This document shows, one piece after another, positions 20,439-30,682 of a DNA stretch of 64,000 nt. The notes under the pieces were generated by a model, which saw only the letters and a list, made by a program, of their open reading frames with translations, was not told where the DNA came from and searched no databases. Each line of letters starts with the position of its first letter. Position 1 is the first letter of the stretch. This DNA is from an uncultured Candidatus Rokubacteria bacterium (GTDB lineage Bacteria > Methylomirabilota > Methylomirabilia > Rokubacteriales > DASRDR01). The stretch is from positions 42,653 to 106,652 of the forward strand of contig CAVPSB010000007.1 in NCBI GenBank assembly GCA_963708025.1, read 5' to 3'. A program made the translations under genes and the position numbers.

Positions 20439-20720
20439 TGAGGGGTGTGAAGGAATGGGGTTCTCCGGCTCCCCCCTCCCCCCGGTGGGTGGGGGAGGGG
20501 GGTTGGGGGGTGGGCGGGAGGTCCCGAACTGAGGGCGTGTGAAGGAATGGTTCGTCCGGCCCCCCTCCCCCCGCCAAAGGCCGCAGGCCGTCCAACGGTG
20601 GGGGAGGGGGGCCAAAGGCCGAAGGCCGTCGAAGGATCGGGTGGGCGGGAGGTCTCGAACTGAAGGCTTCGGGCGGGCCGGCCCCTCTCCCGGGGGGGTG
20701 GGTCGGAGGTTCCGATCTGG
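20439..20720 (+). repeat. Tandem family A elements (copies 3 and 4 plus a degenerate third unit)
   Basis: Units 20439-20532 and 20530-20663 share a single TGA at the junction; a truncated unit follows, ending GGTGGGTCGGAGGTTCCGATC. Confidence 0.88.
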
Positions 20721-20735
20721 GTACAATCTTGGATC

Positions 20736-21464
20736 ATGGCCAACACGGCGGGCATCGTCCTCATCGGCAACGAGCTACTCTCCGGGAAGGTGGTGGACGC
20801 CAACGCCGCCTACCTCTGCCGCCAGTTCCGTGAGCTGGGCGTGGAGGTCCGGAAGGTCTCGGTCATCCCCGACGAGGTCGATCTGATCGCGCGGGAGGTC
20901 CGCGAGTTCCGCGCCGCCTACACCTGGGTCTTCACGTCGGGCGGCGTGGGCCCGACCCACGATGACGTGACGATCGAGGGCATTGCCCGTGCCGTCGGGG
21001 TCCGGGTCGTGCGCCACCCGGAGCTGGTGGGCCGACTGGAGGAGCTGTACAAGGGCCGGCTCAATCCCGCCCGCCTGAAGATGGCCGAGATTCCCGACGG
21101 CGCCGAGCTGCTGGCGATGGACTCGCTCATCGTGCCCGTCCTGGCGATCGGGAACGTCTTCGTCTTCCCCGGCGTGCCTGAGATCTTCCGGCAGAAGTTC
21201 GAGGCCATCAAGGAGCGCTTCCGCGAGCGGCCATTCTTGCTGCGGAGCGTCTACGTTCGGATCGGCGAGGGCAGTCTCGCCGAGCACCTGAACGCGATGC
21301 TGCAGGCGTTCCCCGACCTGCTCTGCGGGTCCTACCCGGAGTTCTCAAACCCGGACTACCGGGTGCGCGTGACCCTGGAGTCCAAGGAGCCGGACTACCT
21401 GGAGCGGGCCCTCCGCCACCTCCTGGACCGGCTCCCGCTCGACGCCGTGGTGCGGATCGACTGA
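20736..21464 (+). CDS. CinA-like molybdopterin-binding domain protein
   Basis: IGNELLSGKVVDANA, TSGGVGPTHDDVT, FPGVPE, GSYP. Confidence 0.9.
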   Translation: MANTAGIVLIGNELLSGKVVDANAAYLCRQFRELGVEVRKVSVIPDEVDLIAREVREFRAAYTWVFTSGGVGPTHDDVTIEGIARAVGVRVVRHPELVGRLEELYKGRLNPARLKMAEIPDGAELLAMDSLIVPVLAIGNVFVFPGVPEIFRQKFEAIKERFRERPFLLRSVYVRIGEGSLAEHLNAMLQAFPDLLCGSYPEFSNPDYRVRVTLESKEPDYLERALRHLLDRLPLDAVVRID

Positions 21465-21610
21465 GAGGGGAAGGAATGGGTCGTCCGACTCCCCCCTCCC
21501 CCCGGTGGCCGCCGGAGGGTGGGACGTCGCGAGGGCCGCAGGCCCGAGCCGTCCCGGCGATCCGGTCAAACGGAGGGGGGCTGGGGGGTGGGCGGGAGGT
21601 CCCGAACTGA
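21462..21610 (+). repeat. Family A element, copy 5 (with internal insert)
   Basis: Begins at the stop TGA of the CinA-like gene and ends GGGAGGTCCCGAAC-TGA. Confidence 0.85.
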
Positions 21611-21820
21611 CCTACCTGCCGGGGACTGGCCTGGCGCGGCCCAGCCGTGAAGCCGCATGCCGTTCTCAGCCGTCACCCGCACATCCTCGAACGCGAGGCC
21701 GTACTCTCGAGGGGTTGCCTCCAGCCGACGTGTGGGGTAGTAGATAAGGGACCGCTCGATGCCGCTGCCACAGCCGGTGAGGAGGGCGAGGGCGGTGACG
21801 AGCGTGGTTCGCACGCGCAC
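21608..21820 (-). pseudogene. 5' fragment of an alpha/beta hydrolase lipoprotein, truncated at the family A element
   Basis: LLTGC lipobox, ERSLIYYP, TPREYGLAFEDVRV..GMRLHGW, then it runs into the repeat; no catalytic domain remains. Confidence 0.75.
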
Positions 21821-21889
21821 CTTCTAATTCGTCGCGGGGGCCTGCGCCCAACCCCGAGCGCGGCGTCGCACCGGCAGGAGGCGAACTCG

Positions 21890-22282
21890 ATGCTGCGAGC
21901 GGAGAAAGCCACGCTGGTCCTGGTCCTCATCGTGACGATAGCGGTCGTGCCGGGCGCCGCTTCGGCTCTCTGCGCGGTAGAGGGCAAGCTCGAGCTGGTA
22001 CGCCTCAACCTCGACGAAGCGGTGGCGTTCGTCGTCCACGTGAGGCAGCCGCGGAGCGTCGCCTCCAATGCCTTCCAGGTCGAGCGGCCCGCCCTGGGCG
22101 CGCTGGGCGACATCCCGGTGGTCATCCAGCTCCTGAATCTGGCCAGTCCTGCCAGCGCGACCGTCCTGGCCGTGGGTGATCTGGCCAGCTGCCCCGATGC
22201 GGTGGAATTGGAGCGGGCGCGGACCGAGAATCGCGCCGCGTACTCCGGCCGCCTTCTCCGCGTCTTCGTCAAGTACCCATGA
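21890..22282 (+). CDS. Hypothetical secreted protein
   Basis: SD AGGAGG, signal peptide-like N-terminus, two Cys residues. Confidence 0.6.
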   Translation: MLRAEKATLVLVLIVTIAVVPGAASALCAVEGKLELVRLNLDEAVAFVVHVRQPRSVASNAFQVERPALGALGDIPVVIQLLNLASPASATVLAVGDLASCPDAVELERARTENRAAYSGRLLRVFVKYP

Positions 22283-22297
22283 GTCTCGCCGATGTCC

Positions 22298-22327
22298 TTG
22301 ACACTCGTCGATAATCGCGCATAAAGT
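22298..22327 (+). promoter_or_regulatory. Sigma70-like promoter of the TPR/kinase cluster
   Basis: TTGACA-N18-TAAAGT in a locally AT-rich patch. Confidence 0.5.
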
Positions 22328-22363
22328 ATCTTCTCTAAAGGAAAAGCCGGGAGGGCGGTCTGC

Positions 22364-24132
22364 GTGGTTTCGTTTTCGGGATCCTGGACGGTGGAGGGCC
22401 GGCCGGGCGCGTCCGACCCCCCGCCAGTCCCCCGATGGCGTAGAGCCGTCTGGGGTGTCCTCTTCCTCGGGTCGCTCGTCGTTTGCTTGCCGCCGGCGAT
22501 GGCCGGCCCGCTCACTCGGGCCGAGATCCTGAAGCTCGTGAGAAGGAACGTCCAGGAGGTACGGCTCCTCGCGGTGGTGCGCGAGCTGGGGATCGACTTC
22601 AAGATCACGCCCGAGGTCGCGGACGAACTGCGAACCGCCGGCGCCAGTCCCTCACTCCTCTCGGGGCTCAAGGTGCTGGCCCCCAGGGATGAGCCGGCAG
22701 CGGGGCCTTCGCCAGCACCGGACGTGGCCAGGGCACCCGCCCCGGGGCCCCCGGCTGCACCGGTGCCGCCGCCGATGGCGCCGCCTCAGGCGATGCCCGA
22801 CGTTGCGAAGGTGGCTCCTGCTCCCGATCCCCCCGCGCCGCTTGCGACGGCTCCGTCACCGCCGACTCCCGTGCCGCCGGCCTCGCCACCTCCTGCCGCG
22901 CCAACGCCCCCAACGATCCCGGAGGTGACGAAAGTGGTGCCCGCGCCGGAGCCGCCCCCGGCGCCGCCAGCGAGCGCTCCGCCGCCTGTGGCGCCCGCAC
23001 CCCCGGCGATGCCCGAGGTGGCGAAAGTGGTACCCGCGCCGGAGCCGGAGGTGGCGAAGGTGGCGCCCACGCCGGAAGGCCCCGCGCCGCGCGGCGCCGT
23101 GGTGCCGCCGAGCGCCGTCGATTCATCTCCGGTCGGCGCCGACGCTCCGCCGGCGCCGGTCCTGCCGCGCGCCGCCATCGATGCGATGGTGGCGCTCATC
23201 CCGGGCCCGCCGCCCCCGCCACCTCCCCCTGTGATCGCGCCACCGAGCGGGATGTCGACCCTCGTCGAGCCCCGGGCCACGCCACCGCCCGCGGTCGCGC
23301 CGCCGCCCGCGCCGCCGGCCACGGTGACGCCGGCCCCCGTGGTCGCGCCACCGCTCGCGGCCGCCCGGCGCCGGCGCCGCCGCCGCCCGCGCCGCCGGCC
23401 GCGGTGACGCCGGCCCCCGTGGTCGCGCCACCGCTCGCGGTCACGCCGGCCCCCGTGGCGCCGCCGCCGCCCGCGCCGCCGGCCGCGGTGACGCCGGCCC
23501 CCATGGTCGCGCCGCCGCCCGCGCCGCCGGCCACGGTGACGCCGGCCCCCGTGGTCGCGCCACCGGCCGCGCCGCCGCCCGCGGTGGCTCTGGTCCCCGC
23601 TCCGGCGGTCCCCGCGCCGCCGCGACCGCCCCAGTCTGCCCCCGAGCTGCCCGGCAAGTGGGAGCAGGTGCGCCCGCTCCTCGAGAAGGCGCAGACCCTG
23701 GCGGCGGAGGGCGACGTCCGCGGCGCCCAGATGATGGTCGTCAAGGCGATGGAGATCGACCCTGTCGAGCCGCTGGTGTGGCGAGCCTTCAAGGACATCG
23801 AGCAGGACCTGCTCGTCCGCGCCGAGACCTTCCTGGCGGACGGCCAGCTCCCGCGGGCGCTCCGGGAGTTCCAGTTCATCATCACGACCAACCCGGAGTC
23901 GGCCCTCGGACACAACGGTGTCGGCCTGGCCTTGCTCCAGCTCAGGAACTACGACGAGGCGGTGGCCGCGTTCGAGCGGGCCCTGATCCTCGAGCCGGGG
24001 AACGCCCGCTACCGGGCGGCGCTGACCCGCGCCCGCAGCCTGCAGAAGGCGTCGAAGGCGCTCGAGCGCCAGGGGCAGCAGAACTTGAAGGAGATGATCG
24101 AGGACCAACCCGGGAAGAAGAAAGGACCGTGA
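22364..24132 (+). CDS. Exported protein: N-terminal helical domain, long Pro/Ala-rich linker, C-terminal TPR (frameshift near 23380)
   Basis: ORFs 22364-23407 and 23404-24132 continue the same VTPAPVVAPPP repeat; TPR-like NPESALGHNGVGLALLQLRNYDEAVAAFERAL. Confidence 0.75.
23280..23585 (+). repeat. Coding tandem repeat (T/A-VTPAPVVAPPPAPPA)
   Basis: About five imperfect copies of GTGACGCCGGCCCCCGTGGTCGCGCC. Confidence 0.8.
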
Positions 24133-26123
24133 TGGCACCCAGGTGGCGCGCGCGAGTTCGGATGGGGCTGGTGGCGGGGGTCGCGCTCGCGCTGGCCGCC
24201 TGCGCGACCGGCAAGGGCGACTTCGACCTCGGGCAGACGCTGTCCGGACAGCAGAAGTGGGACGAGGCCATCCGCGCCTACGAGCAGGCGCTCCAGAAGG
24301 AGCCGGCCAATCCCCAGTACCGGGCAGGGCTGGCCCAGGCGCGGGCCGGCGCGGCGCAGGAGCAGCTCCGGAGCGCCACCTCGATCGCGGGTCAGATGGC
24401 CCAGATCGCCGACGTGGACCGGGCGCTGCAGGTGGTCGAGCGCGCCCTCCGCTACGATCCGCAGCACGCCCCCTCGCTCGCCTTCCAGGCGCGGCTCAAG
24501 GAGCGGCGCGCTGCTCTCGGGCAGGAGGTGGAGCGGCTCCTCAGGGAGGCGGCCGCTCTCGCCCAGCGGGAGGAGTGGGCACAGTCGGAGCAGGCGGCGG
24601 TGCGGGTGCTGGCCATCGATCCCGGCAATAGCGCGGCCACGCGGCTGCGCCAGGAGGCCGTCCGGGGCGCCGTCGAGAAGAGTCTGCGGCTGGCCGGCCA
24701 GGCCGAGGCGGCCGAGGAATGGCGGGAGGCCGCGCGCTTCCTCGAAGAGGCCCTGGGCCGCGATCCGAACAACGAGGCCATCCAGGCGCGGCTCCGCGCT
24801 GCCCAGCAGAAGGACAGCCTCGCCTACTACCTCGGGCGGAGCGGTCAGATCGAGGCGGAGGGCCAGCTCGAGAAGGCGTTCAACCTGCTCCGGCTGGCGG
24901 CCCGCTACTTCCCGGGTGACGCGCGGGTCGGGGGGGCGATGGACCGGATCGCTCGCGACGGTCGCCGCCGCTACTACGCGGAGGCGTTGCGCCGCGCGGA
25001 CAGCGACGACTGGGGGAAGGTCTACGCCGCGCTCAGCCAGGCGGTGACCGGGTTCGGTCCGGCCACGGCCCTGGACCCGGCGCTCCGGACCCAGGTCCGC
25101 GACTTGGCCGCCAAGCTGTACGACCGGGCCCTCGAGTTCGAGAATCAGAAGCTCTGGGGAAACACCTGGCTCTGGCTGCGAGCCCTGCAGCAGGTCAACC
25201 CCTCGTATCGCGACACCGCGAACAAGGTCGAGCAGACGCGCGAGAAGCTCCTGGACCGGGCCTCGCTGAAGATCGCGGTGCTCGAGCTGGAGGCGCCCCG
25301 GGCCTCACCGGACGCCGGCTCCATCGTCTCCGGCAGCATCGTCACCAACCTGTTCAAGCTCGGGCGCAAGGACTTCCGGGTCATCGAGCGCGAGGCGCTC
25401 CAGTCGATCATCAAGGAGATCTCGATCGGCCAGGCCGGCGTGCTGGACGTCGAGACCGCGAAGGAGATCGGCAAGATCGCCGGCATCGACACGATCCTGG
25501 TCGGCCGCGTGCTCCAGTACAAGGTGGACCAGAACGAGGCCGAGGGGCGGAAGACGGTGACCGTGCAGGTCGGGAGCCGGACCGTGCCCAACCCCGCCTA
25601 CGAGATGCACCTGATCGAGGTCCGCGAGGGCCGCCGGAAGTCGTCCGATCCGGCGCCGCCCCAGACCGTCCAGGAGCCGGTGCACCAGCTCTTCAGCTAC
25701 CGAGTGGGGACCGTCACCGCGATCGGCTACGTGAGCGTCTCGTTCCGGCTGGTCGGCGTCGAGCGAGGCGAGATCCTGCTGGCCGAGAAGATCGACGAGC
25801 AGGAGACGTTTCGGCAGGACTTCTCGGAAGGGGTCGAGGCGGCGGGGATCCAGGCGGTCTCCAAGAACGCGCCGATCCCGACCGAGGTGCTGAACCGCGT
25901 CAGCGAGAAGGTCGTCGGCAAGATCGTGCTGCTCATCGCCAAGCACTACGGGAGCCGGCAGCAGTACTATCTGGAGGCGGGCCGGGAGCTCCAGCGCCGG
26001 CGGCAGTTCACCCGGGCCATCGAGGAGTACATGAACAGCACGGCCAGCGCCGACCTCGAGAAGACCGGCGAGGAGTACGCGGTCCAGGCGCGGGCCCACA
26101 TCGAGGAGCTGATGCGCCAGTAG
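24132..26123 (+). CDS. Lipoprotein with multiple TPRs and a C-terminal CsgG/HfaB-like domain
   Basis: Lipobox LALAAC; KIAVLEL..FRVIEREALQSIIKEISIGQAGVLDVETAKEIGKIAGIDTILVG; TGATG overlap with the upstream gene. Confidence 0.8.
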   Translation: MAPRWRARVRMGLVAGVALALAACATGKGDFDLGQTLSGQQKWDEAIRAYEQALQKEPANPQYRAGLAQARAGAAQEQLRSATSIAGQMAQIADVDRALQVVERALRYDPQHAPSLAFQARLKERRAALGQEVERLLREAAALAQREEWAQSEQAAVRVLAIDPGNSAATRLRQEAVRGAVEKSLRLAGQAEAAEEWREAARFLEEALGRDPNNEAIQARLRAAQQKDSLAYYLGRSGQIEAEGQLEKAFNLLRLAARYFPGDARVGGAMDRIARDGRRRYYAEALRRADSDDWGKVYAALSQAVTGFGPATALDPALRTQVRDLAAKLYDRALEFENQKLWGNTWLWLRALQQVNPSYRDTANKVEQTREKLLDRASLKIAVLELEAPRASPDAGSIVSGSIVTNLFKLGRKDFRVIEREALQSIIKEISIGQAGVLDVETAKEIGKIAGIDTILVGRVLQYKVDQNEAEGRKTVTVQVGSRTVPNPAYEMHLIEVREGRRKSSDPAPPQTVQEPVHQLFSYRVGTVTAIGYVSVSFRLVGVERGEILLAEKIDEQETFRQDFSEGVEAAGIQAVSKNAPIPTEVLNRVSEKVVGKIVLLIAKHYGSRQQYYLEAGRELQRRRQFTRAIEEYMNSTASADLEKTGEEYAVQARAHIEELMRQ

Positions 26124-26185
26124 CGGTTCGCGCCGGTTCCCTGGGCGCTCTCCTCGGGACTGGCGATCGACCCCACACCCCGGCT

Positions 26186-28180
26186 ATGGCGAACCCGCAA
26201 CCGGAACGGATCGGGAAATACCGCGTGGTCGAATCGATCGGCCGCGGCGGGATGGGAAGCGTCTACAAGGCGCACGATCCCTTCCTCGACCGGATGGTGG
26301 CCATCAAGGTGATGACGGAGGGCGCCGAGGTCGGCACCGAGGCCCACGAGCGCTTCCTGCGGGAGGCGCAGTCGGCCGCCCGGCTGAACCACCCGAACAT
26401 CATCACGGTCTACGAGCTGGGCCAGGACCAAGGTCAGGTCTTCATCGCGATGGAGCTCCTCGAGGGGGAGCCGCTCTCGCGCCTCATCGGCTGCGTGCCC
26501 CCGCTGCCGCTGCCCCGCAAGGTCGCCATCATGGCCCAGATCTGCGACGGCCTGGGCTTCGCCCACCAGCGCGGCGTCATCCACCGGGACATCAAGCCGG
26601 CCAACATCTTCGTCCTGAACAACGGCCCCGCGAAGATCCTCGACTTCGGCATCGCCCGCCTGTCCAGCTCCGAGCTGACCCGGACCGGGCTGCTCATGGG
26701 AACGCCGAACTACATGTCGCCCGAGCAGGCGAGCGGTCGGCGGAGCGACGCCCGGTCCGACATCTTCTCGGTGGGTGTCGTCTTCTACGAGCTCCTCTCC
26801 GGCCGGAAGCCATTCGTCGGCGAGAACCACTTCGAGACCATGGAGAAGGTGCGCTCCGAGGAACCGGCGCCGCTGGGCGAGATCGTCCCGAGCCTGCCGC
26901 CGACGCTCGCCCGCGCCGTTCACCGAACGCTGGAGAAGGATCCGGCGGCGCGGTATCAGACGCTGGAGGAGCTGAGGGGCGACCTGCTGGCGATGCCGGA
27001 CATGACCCCGCCGGCCGGCGGCCCCGAGGCGCTGCGCGATGCGGTGGACCGGCGATTCGCCGAGGTCATGCGACTGCACCGCCTGCTCGTCGCCGCGCTC
27101 GGCTCGGCCGCCTTCGGCGAGGAAACCCTGCGCCTGGGTGACATCGGCGACCAGACCGGGGCCGGGCTCGAAACGATGCTCCGCGACCTGGAGGGACAGA
27201 CGGACCGGCTGCGCGCCCTCGCCCGCACGGTGGAGCGGCTGGAGCCGAGCGTCGCGCGCGGCATCGCCGCCTACGAGCGCGGGGCGTTCGCGGATGCGGT
27301 GGCCGAGCTGGACGCGGTACTGCTCGAGGTCCCGCAGCACCAGCGCGCCCTCGATTACCGCGAGCGCGCGCGCCTCGAGGTGTTGCGCACGCCCACGCCG
27401 TGGGGGGTCGGGCTGGCGGGAGTCCCGCCCGAGACGCTTTCACCAGGCGACAGCGAGCGGGACGCCATGATCGCGCGCGAGTGGGAAGGGGGGACGGCGA
27501 TCGCGACGCCGCCTGCGCTTCCGGTGAGGGCGGCACCGGTGACCCGGATGCCCGCGCCCACGGCGGCGGACACCGACCTGACGCAGGCGATCTCCGGGAG
27601 GCGCGCCCGGCTCGTGCTGGCCGGCATCGCGCTGGCCGCGCTCGCGACCGGCGGTGTGCTTCTCCTCCGCATGCCGGGTCAAACCCGGGCGACCCTTCCG
27701 GCGGTCGTCACGCCGACTGCTCCCGCCGTCGCGCCCGCGCGGGGTCCCGCGGTGTCGCCGGCGCCGGACCCGGCGGCGCCTCCGACCTCCGCTGCTCCGG
27801 CCCCTGCCAGGCCCACCCCCGCGCCGGCGCCCGGGTCGTCAGGGCCCGCGGTGAAGCCGGGCCCGGGGCCTTCGGCGGGAAAGCCGCCGGCGGTCTCCCC
27901 CGGACCCGGCGGCGGGAGCGCCCGGCGGCCGGGCACGCCGTCGGACACGCCGCCCGCGCGGATTCCCGAGGCCAGCCCCCGGGCTAGCCTGACACCCGAG
28001 CAAACCAGGGTCGTCGAGGACGCGCTGACCCTGGCCCAGATGTTCCAGGCGCGGGGGGACGGCGAGCGCGCCCTGCGCGAATACCGCCGCGTTCTCGCCC
28101 TCGATCCGAGGCACGCCGAGGCCCGGCAGGGTGTCGCCGAGGTAGAGGCGTCGATGAAGAGCAATCAATCCCAGCGCTGA
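26186..28180 (+). CDS. Hanks-type Ser/Thr protein kinase with TM segment, Pro-rich linker and TPR
   Basis: IGRGGMGSVY, VAIK, HRDIKPAN, DFGIA, GTPNYMSPE, SDIFSVG. Confidence 0.95.
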   Translation: MANPQPERIGKYRVVESIGRGGMGSVYKAHDPFLDRMVAIKVMTEGAEVGTEAHERFLREAQSAARLNHPNIITVYELGQDQGQVFIAMELLEGEPLSRLIGCVPPLPLPRKVAIMAQICDGLGFAHQRGVIHRDIKPANIFVLNNGPAKILDFGIARLSSSELTRTGLLMGTPNYMSPEQASGRRSDARSDIFSVGVVFYELLSGRKPFVGENHFETMEKVRSEEPAPLGEIVPSLPPTLARAVHRTLEKDPAARYQTLEELRGDLLAMPDMTPPAGGPEALRDAVDRRFAEVMRLHRLLVAALGSAAFGEETLRLGDIGDQTGAGLETMLRDLEGQTDRLRALARTVERLEPSVARGIAAYERGAFADAVAELDAVLLEVPQHQRALDYRERARLEVLRTPTPWGVGLAGVPPETLSPGDSERDAMIAREWEGGTAIATPPALPVRAAPVTRMPAPTAADTDLTQAISGRRARLVLAGIALAALATGGVLLLRMPGQTRATLPAVVTPTAPAVAPARGPAVSPAPDPAAPPTSAAPAPARPTPAPAPGSSGPAVKPGPGPSAGKPPAVSPGPGGGSARRPGTPSDTPPARIPEASPRASLTPEQTRVVEDALTLAQMFQARGDGERALREYRRVLALDPRHAEARQGVAEVEASMKSNQSQR

Positions 28181-28346
28181 CCTCGAGCCGTAGATCCACC
28201 TGAGCGGCCGCACGCGACGGCGGCTCTCGAGCAGATCCGCCGCCGGCGGCATTTCCCGGCGGGATTCACCACGCCCGCTCCAATGCGTGGCAGAAATGCG
28301 CGCCGCTCATGATATCGTTTGCTCACGCACCGATGGAGAGCAAACC

Positions 28347-29444
28347 ATGACACGATCCATCGTCCCCGTCGCCTTGCTCCTGGCCGGCCTCATCCTGAGC
28401 GCGTGCGCCGCGCCGGCCCCGCCACCGGCCCCGGCGCCCGCGGCGGCCCCGCCCACGCCAGTGACCAGGCCGCCGACGGCTCCGGACGCGGAGCGCTGGA
28501 CCGGGCTCGTGGCCGCGCCCGTGACCGAGGCGCTCGCCGCCGCCGCCAACCTGCCGCGGGTCGAGGGCGTCTACGTGCGACAGGTCGAGCCAGGCAGCCC
28601 CGGGGCCCGGGCGGGTGTCCGCGCGGGAGACGTCCTGCTCCTGGCGGGTGGGGTGTACCTCACGGCGCCCGAGGCGCTCCCCGGCGTTCTTGCCGGCGCC
28701 CCGCTGGGCTCGGCGGTCGAGCTGGCGATCCGTCGCGGCGGAGACTTGCTGACCGTCCGACTTCCGGTAGAGACCTCGCCGCCCGGACGGCTCATGGTCG
28801 TCATCCGGCCACCGCTCCCCGGGCTGCTCAACATCGCCGCCGATGGCGCGGCAATGTACGCGTACGGACCGGTGCCGGGTGGCGCGGATCGCGGGATCGT
28901 CCCGCTCCAGCTCCCCGGTGGTCCGCTCCCGGCGATCGGCTCACGCGCCGTCGCATCCCCGGGAGCCGAGCGCGTGATCGCGGTCGACGGGGAGCGCGTC
29001 TACCTCGGCTGGGCCGGTTCCGAGATCTACCTCGACTTCTACGAGATCCAGTCGGGCCGGGTTGGCCGGGTGCCGGTGCGGGGAGCCGAGAGCCTCGCGA
29101 ACCGCTGCCGGCCGCAAGGCCTGGCGCGGATCGGCGCCGAGCTGTGGATGGCCTGCCAGCGCCCCGAAGGCCCGGCCGTCGTGCGGGTCGACCTGGGCTC
29201 GGGGCAGGCGCGAGTCGAGCCGCTGCCCGCGACGTACGCGACCGGGCTCGCCTTCGACGGCGAGGCGGTGTTGTGGCTCTGTTGCCCGGCCGGGGGACAG
29301 CTCGCGCTCTCGCGGACGGACCTGGCCACCGGCGCGGCCAAGGTGTTCCCGCTGCCCGAGCGCGCCCTCAGCGTCGCGGCCGATAGGCGCGCCGTGTACC
29401 TGTTGACCCCGACAGGGATCTTTCAACACAAGCCCTGGCGCTGA
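28347..29444 (+). CDS. PDZ-domain lipoprotein with a probable C-terminal beta-propeller-like region
   Basis: Lipobox LSAC; GVYVRQVEPGSPGARAGVRAGDVLL; TGLAFDGEAVLW. Confidence 0.75.
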   Translation: MTRSIVPVALLLAGLILSACAAPAPPPAPAPAAAPPTPVTRPPTAPDAERWTGLVAAPVTEALAAAANLPRVEGVYVRQVEPGSPGARAGVRAGDVLLLAGGVYLTAPEALPGVLAGAPLGSAVELAIRRGGDLLTVRLPVETSPPGRLMVVIRPPLPGLLNIAADGAAMYAYGPVPGGADRGIVPLQLPGGPLPAIGSRAVASPGAERVIAVDGERVYLGWAGSEIYLDFYEIQSGRVGRVPVRGAESLANRCRPQGLARIGAELWMACQRPEGPAVVRVDLGSGQARVEPLPATYATGLAFDGEAVLWLCCPAGGQLALSRTDLATGAAKVFPLPERALSVAADRRAVYLLTPTGIFQHKPWR

Positions 29445-29501
29445 CCGCGGCGCCAGGGTGGCAGCACCGCCGTGGCGCTAACGGGCGTGAGGAGTGTGAG
29501 G

Positions 29502-30674
29502 ATGAGACGGCTCAGTGTCTGGATGGGCCTCGCGGCGCTCGGCCTGGCGTCGCTCCTGGCGGCTCCGGCCGACGCCCGCACGGTGGAGGTCCATCTCGTC
29601 GTGAAGTCGGACATCCAGCGCCTCCATCCCAACGCCCCCCCCGACGAGCCGCTGGAGCCGACGCCGACGATCGCCGAGAAGGCGCGCGAGGTGATCAACG
29701 CTCACCCGGCGTTCCGCCAGGTCACCGTGCGGCTGGAAAAAAGCGAGACCGCGCCGAATCCCAGGGTGCCGGCGGACTTCATCCGCCTGGTCGACAGTGG
29801 TGTGGACGACGTGGTCGAGGTCAGCCTGAATTATCACCTGAGGCTCGACAGCTTTCACGCCAACGGGAAGGCCGGCGTCCAGGGCTACGTGGCGGTCTAC
29901 AGCGTGCCCGGGCGACGCAAGGTCCTGTCGCGCACGTTCACCCTGGTGGTGTCGTACCCGGGCGAGGTGACCAAGGCCGCGGTGATCCAGGCCGAGCTGG
30001 CGGCCCGGGCGAGAGGAACGGCGGTCCCGATCGAGGAGGTGGAGCTCGGCCTCCTGGACGCGGCCGTGAAGGAGCGTATCGGCCGCGAGCTCGGCACCGC
30101 GCTCGGCGCCTACTATCCGGCATCCCTCCCGGTGCTCTCCAAGGAAGCGGTCCGCGAGAGTCTCCGCCGGATGGCGCTCTTCCTGGCGAACGCGCCCGAC
30201 CGGCGCGACGACGCCATCCTGGCCCTGGGGAACTACCTTCAGCGCTACCCCGACTCGCCCGATCGCGGCCAGCTCGAGCAACGGCTCGCCCGGCTCAAGC
30301 AGGCGGCTGGCCGCGGCCCTGGCCCGAAGGCGCAGGCCCAGTCGGATTGGGCCTCGATGGGCATCAGCAAGGCCGTCACCGCCAAGGAGCTGGCCGAGGC
30401 GTTCGAGCGCCTCGTCGGCGCCAAGGTCGAGCTGTGGTCGTTCAAGCTCGACTGGCGCGACGGCACCGTCGTGATGACGCCGACCGACAAGAACCAGGAC
30501 TTCATCGTCGAGGGAACGCCCCCCACCATGCGGGAGCTCGAGGCCGACCCGAACCCGATCTACATCCTGGTCGTCGGCCGGCGCGAGGATCCTCGCATGC
30601 CCCTGGTGGATGTGAAGATCCCGGTCGTGCGCTTCATCGGCTGCCCCAAGACCTCCTGTCCCCCGACCCAGTAG
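29502..30674 (+). CDS. Hypothetical exported protein
   Basis: Signal peptide, high-GC codon bias, TPR-like YLQRYPDSP segment, C-terminal CPKTSCP. Confidence 0.75.
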   Translation: MRRLSVWMGLAALGLASLLAAPADARTVEVHLVVKSDIQRLHPNAPPDEPLEPTPTIAEKAREVINAHPAFRQVTVRLEKSETAPNPRVPADFIRLVDSGVDDVVEVSLNYHLRLDSFHANGKAGVQGYVAVYSVPGRRKVLSRTFTLVVSYPGEVTKAAVIQAELAARARGTAVPIEEVELGLLDAAVKERIGRELGTALGAYYPASLPVLSKEAVRESLRRMALFLANAPDRRDDAILALGNYLQRYPDSPDRGQLEQRLARLKQAAGRGPGPKAQAQSDWASMGISKAVTAKELAEAFERLVGAKVELWSFKLDWRDGTVVMTPTDKNQDFIVEGTPPTMRELEADPNPIYILVVGRREDPRMPLVDVKIPVVRFIGCPKTSCPPTQ

Positions 30675-30682
30675 GGAGTGTT

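Noticed and set aside
20439-20720. CRISPR array
   Set aside because: The units are long, degenerate and dispersed, with no unique spacers and no cas genes.
23360-23410. Two separate genes, or a phase-variable switch, in the Pro-rich TPR gene
   Set aside because: The break lies inside a GC-rich tandem repeat where assembly errors are expected; it cannot be supported without reads.
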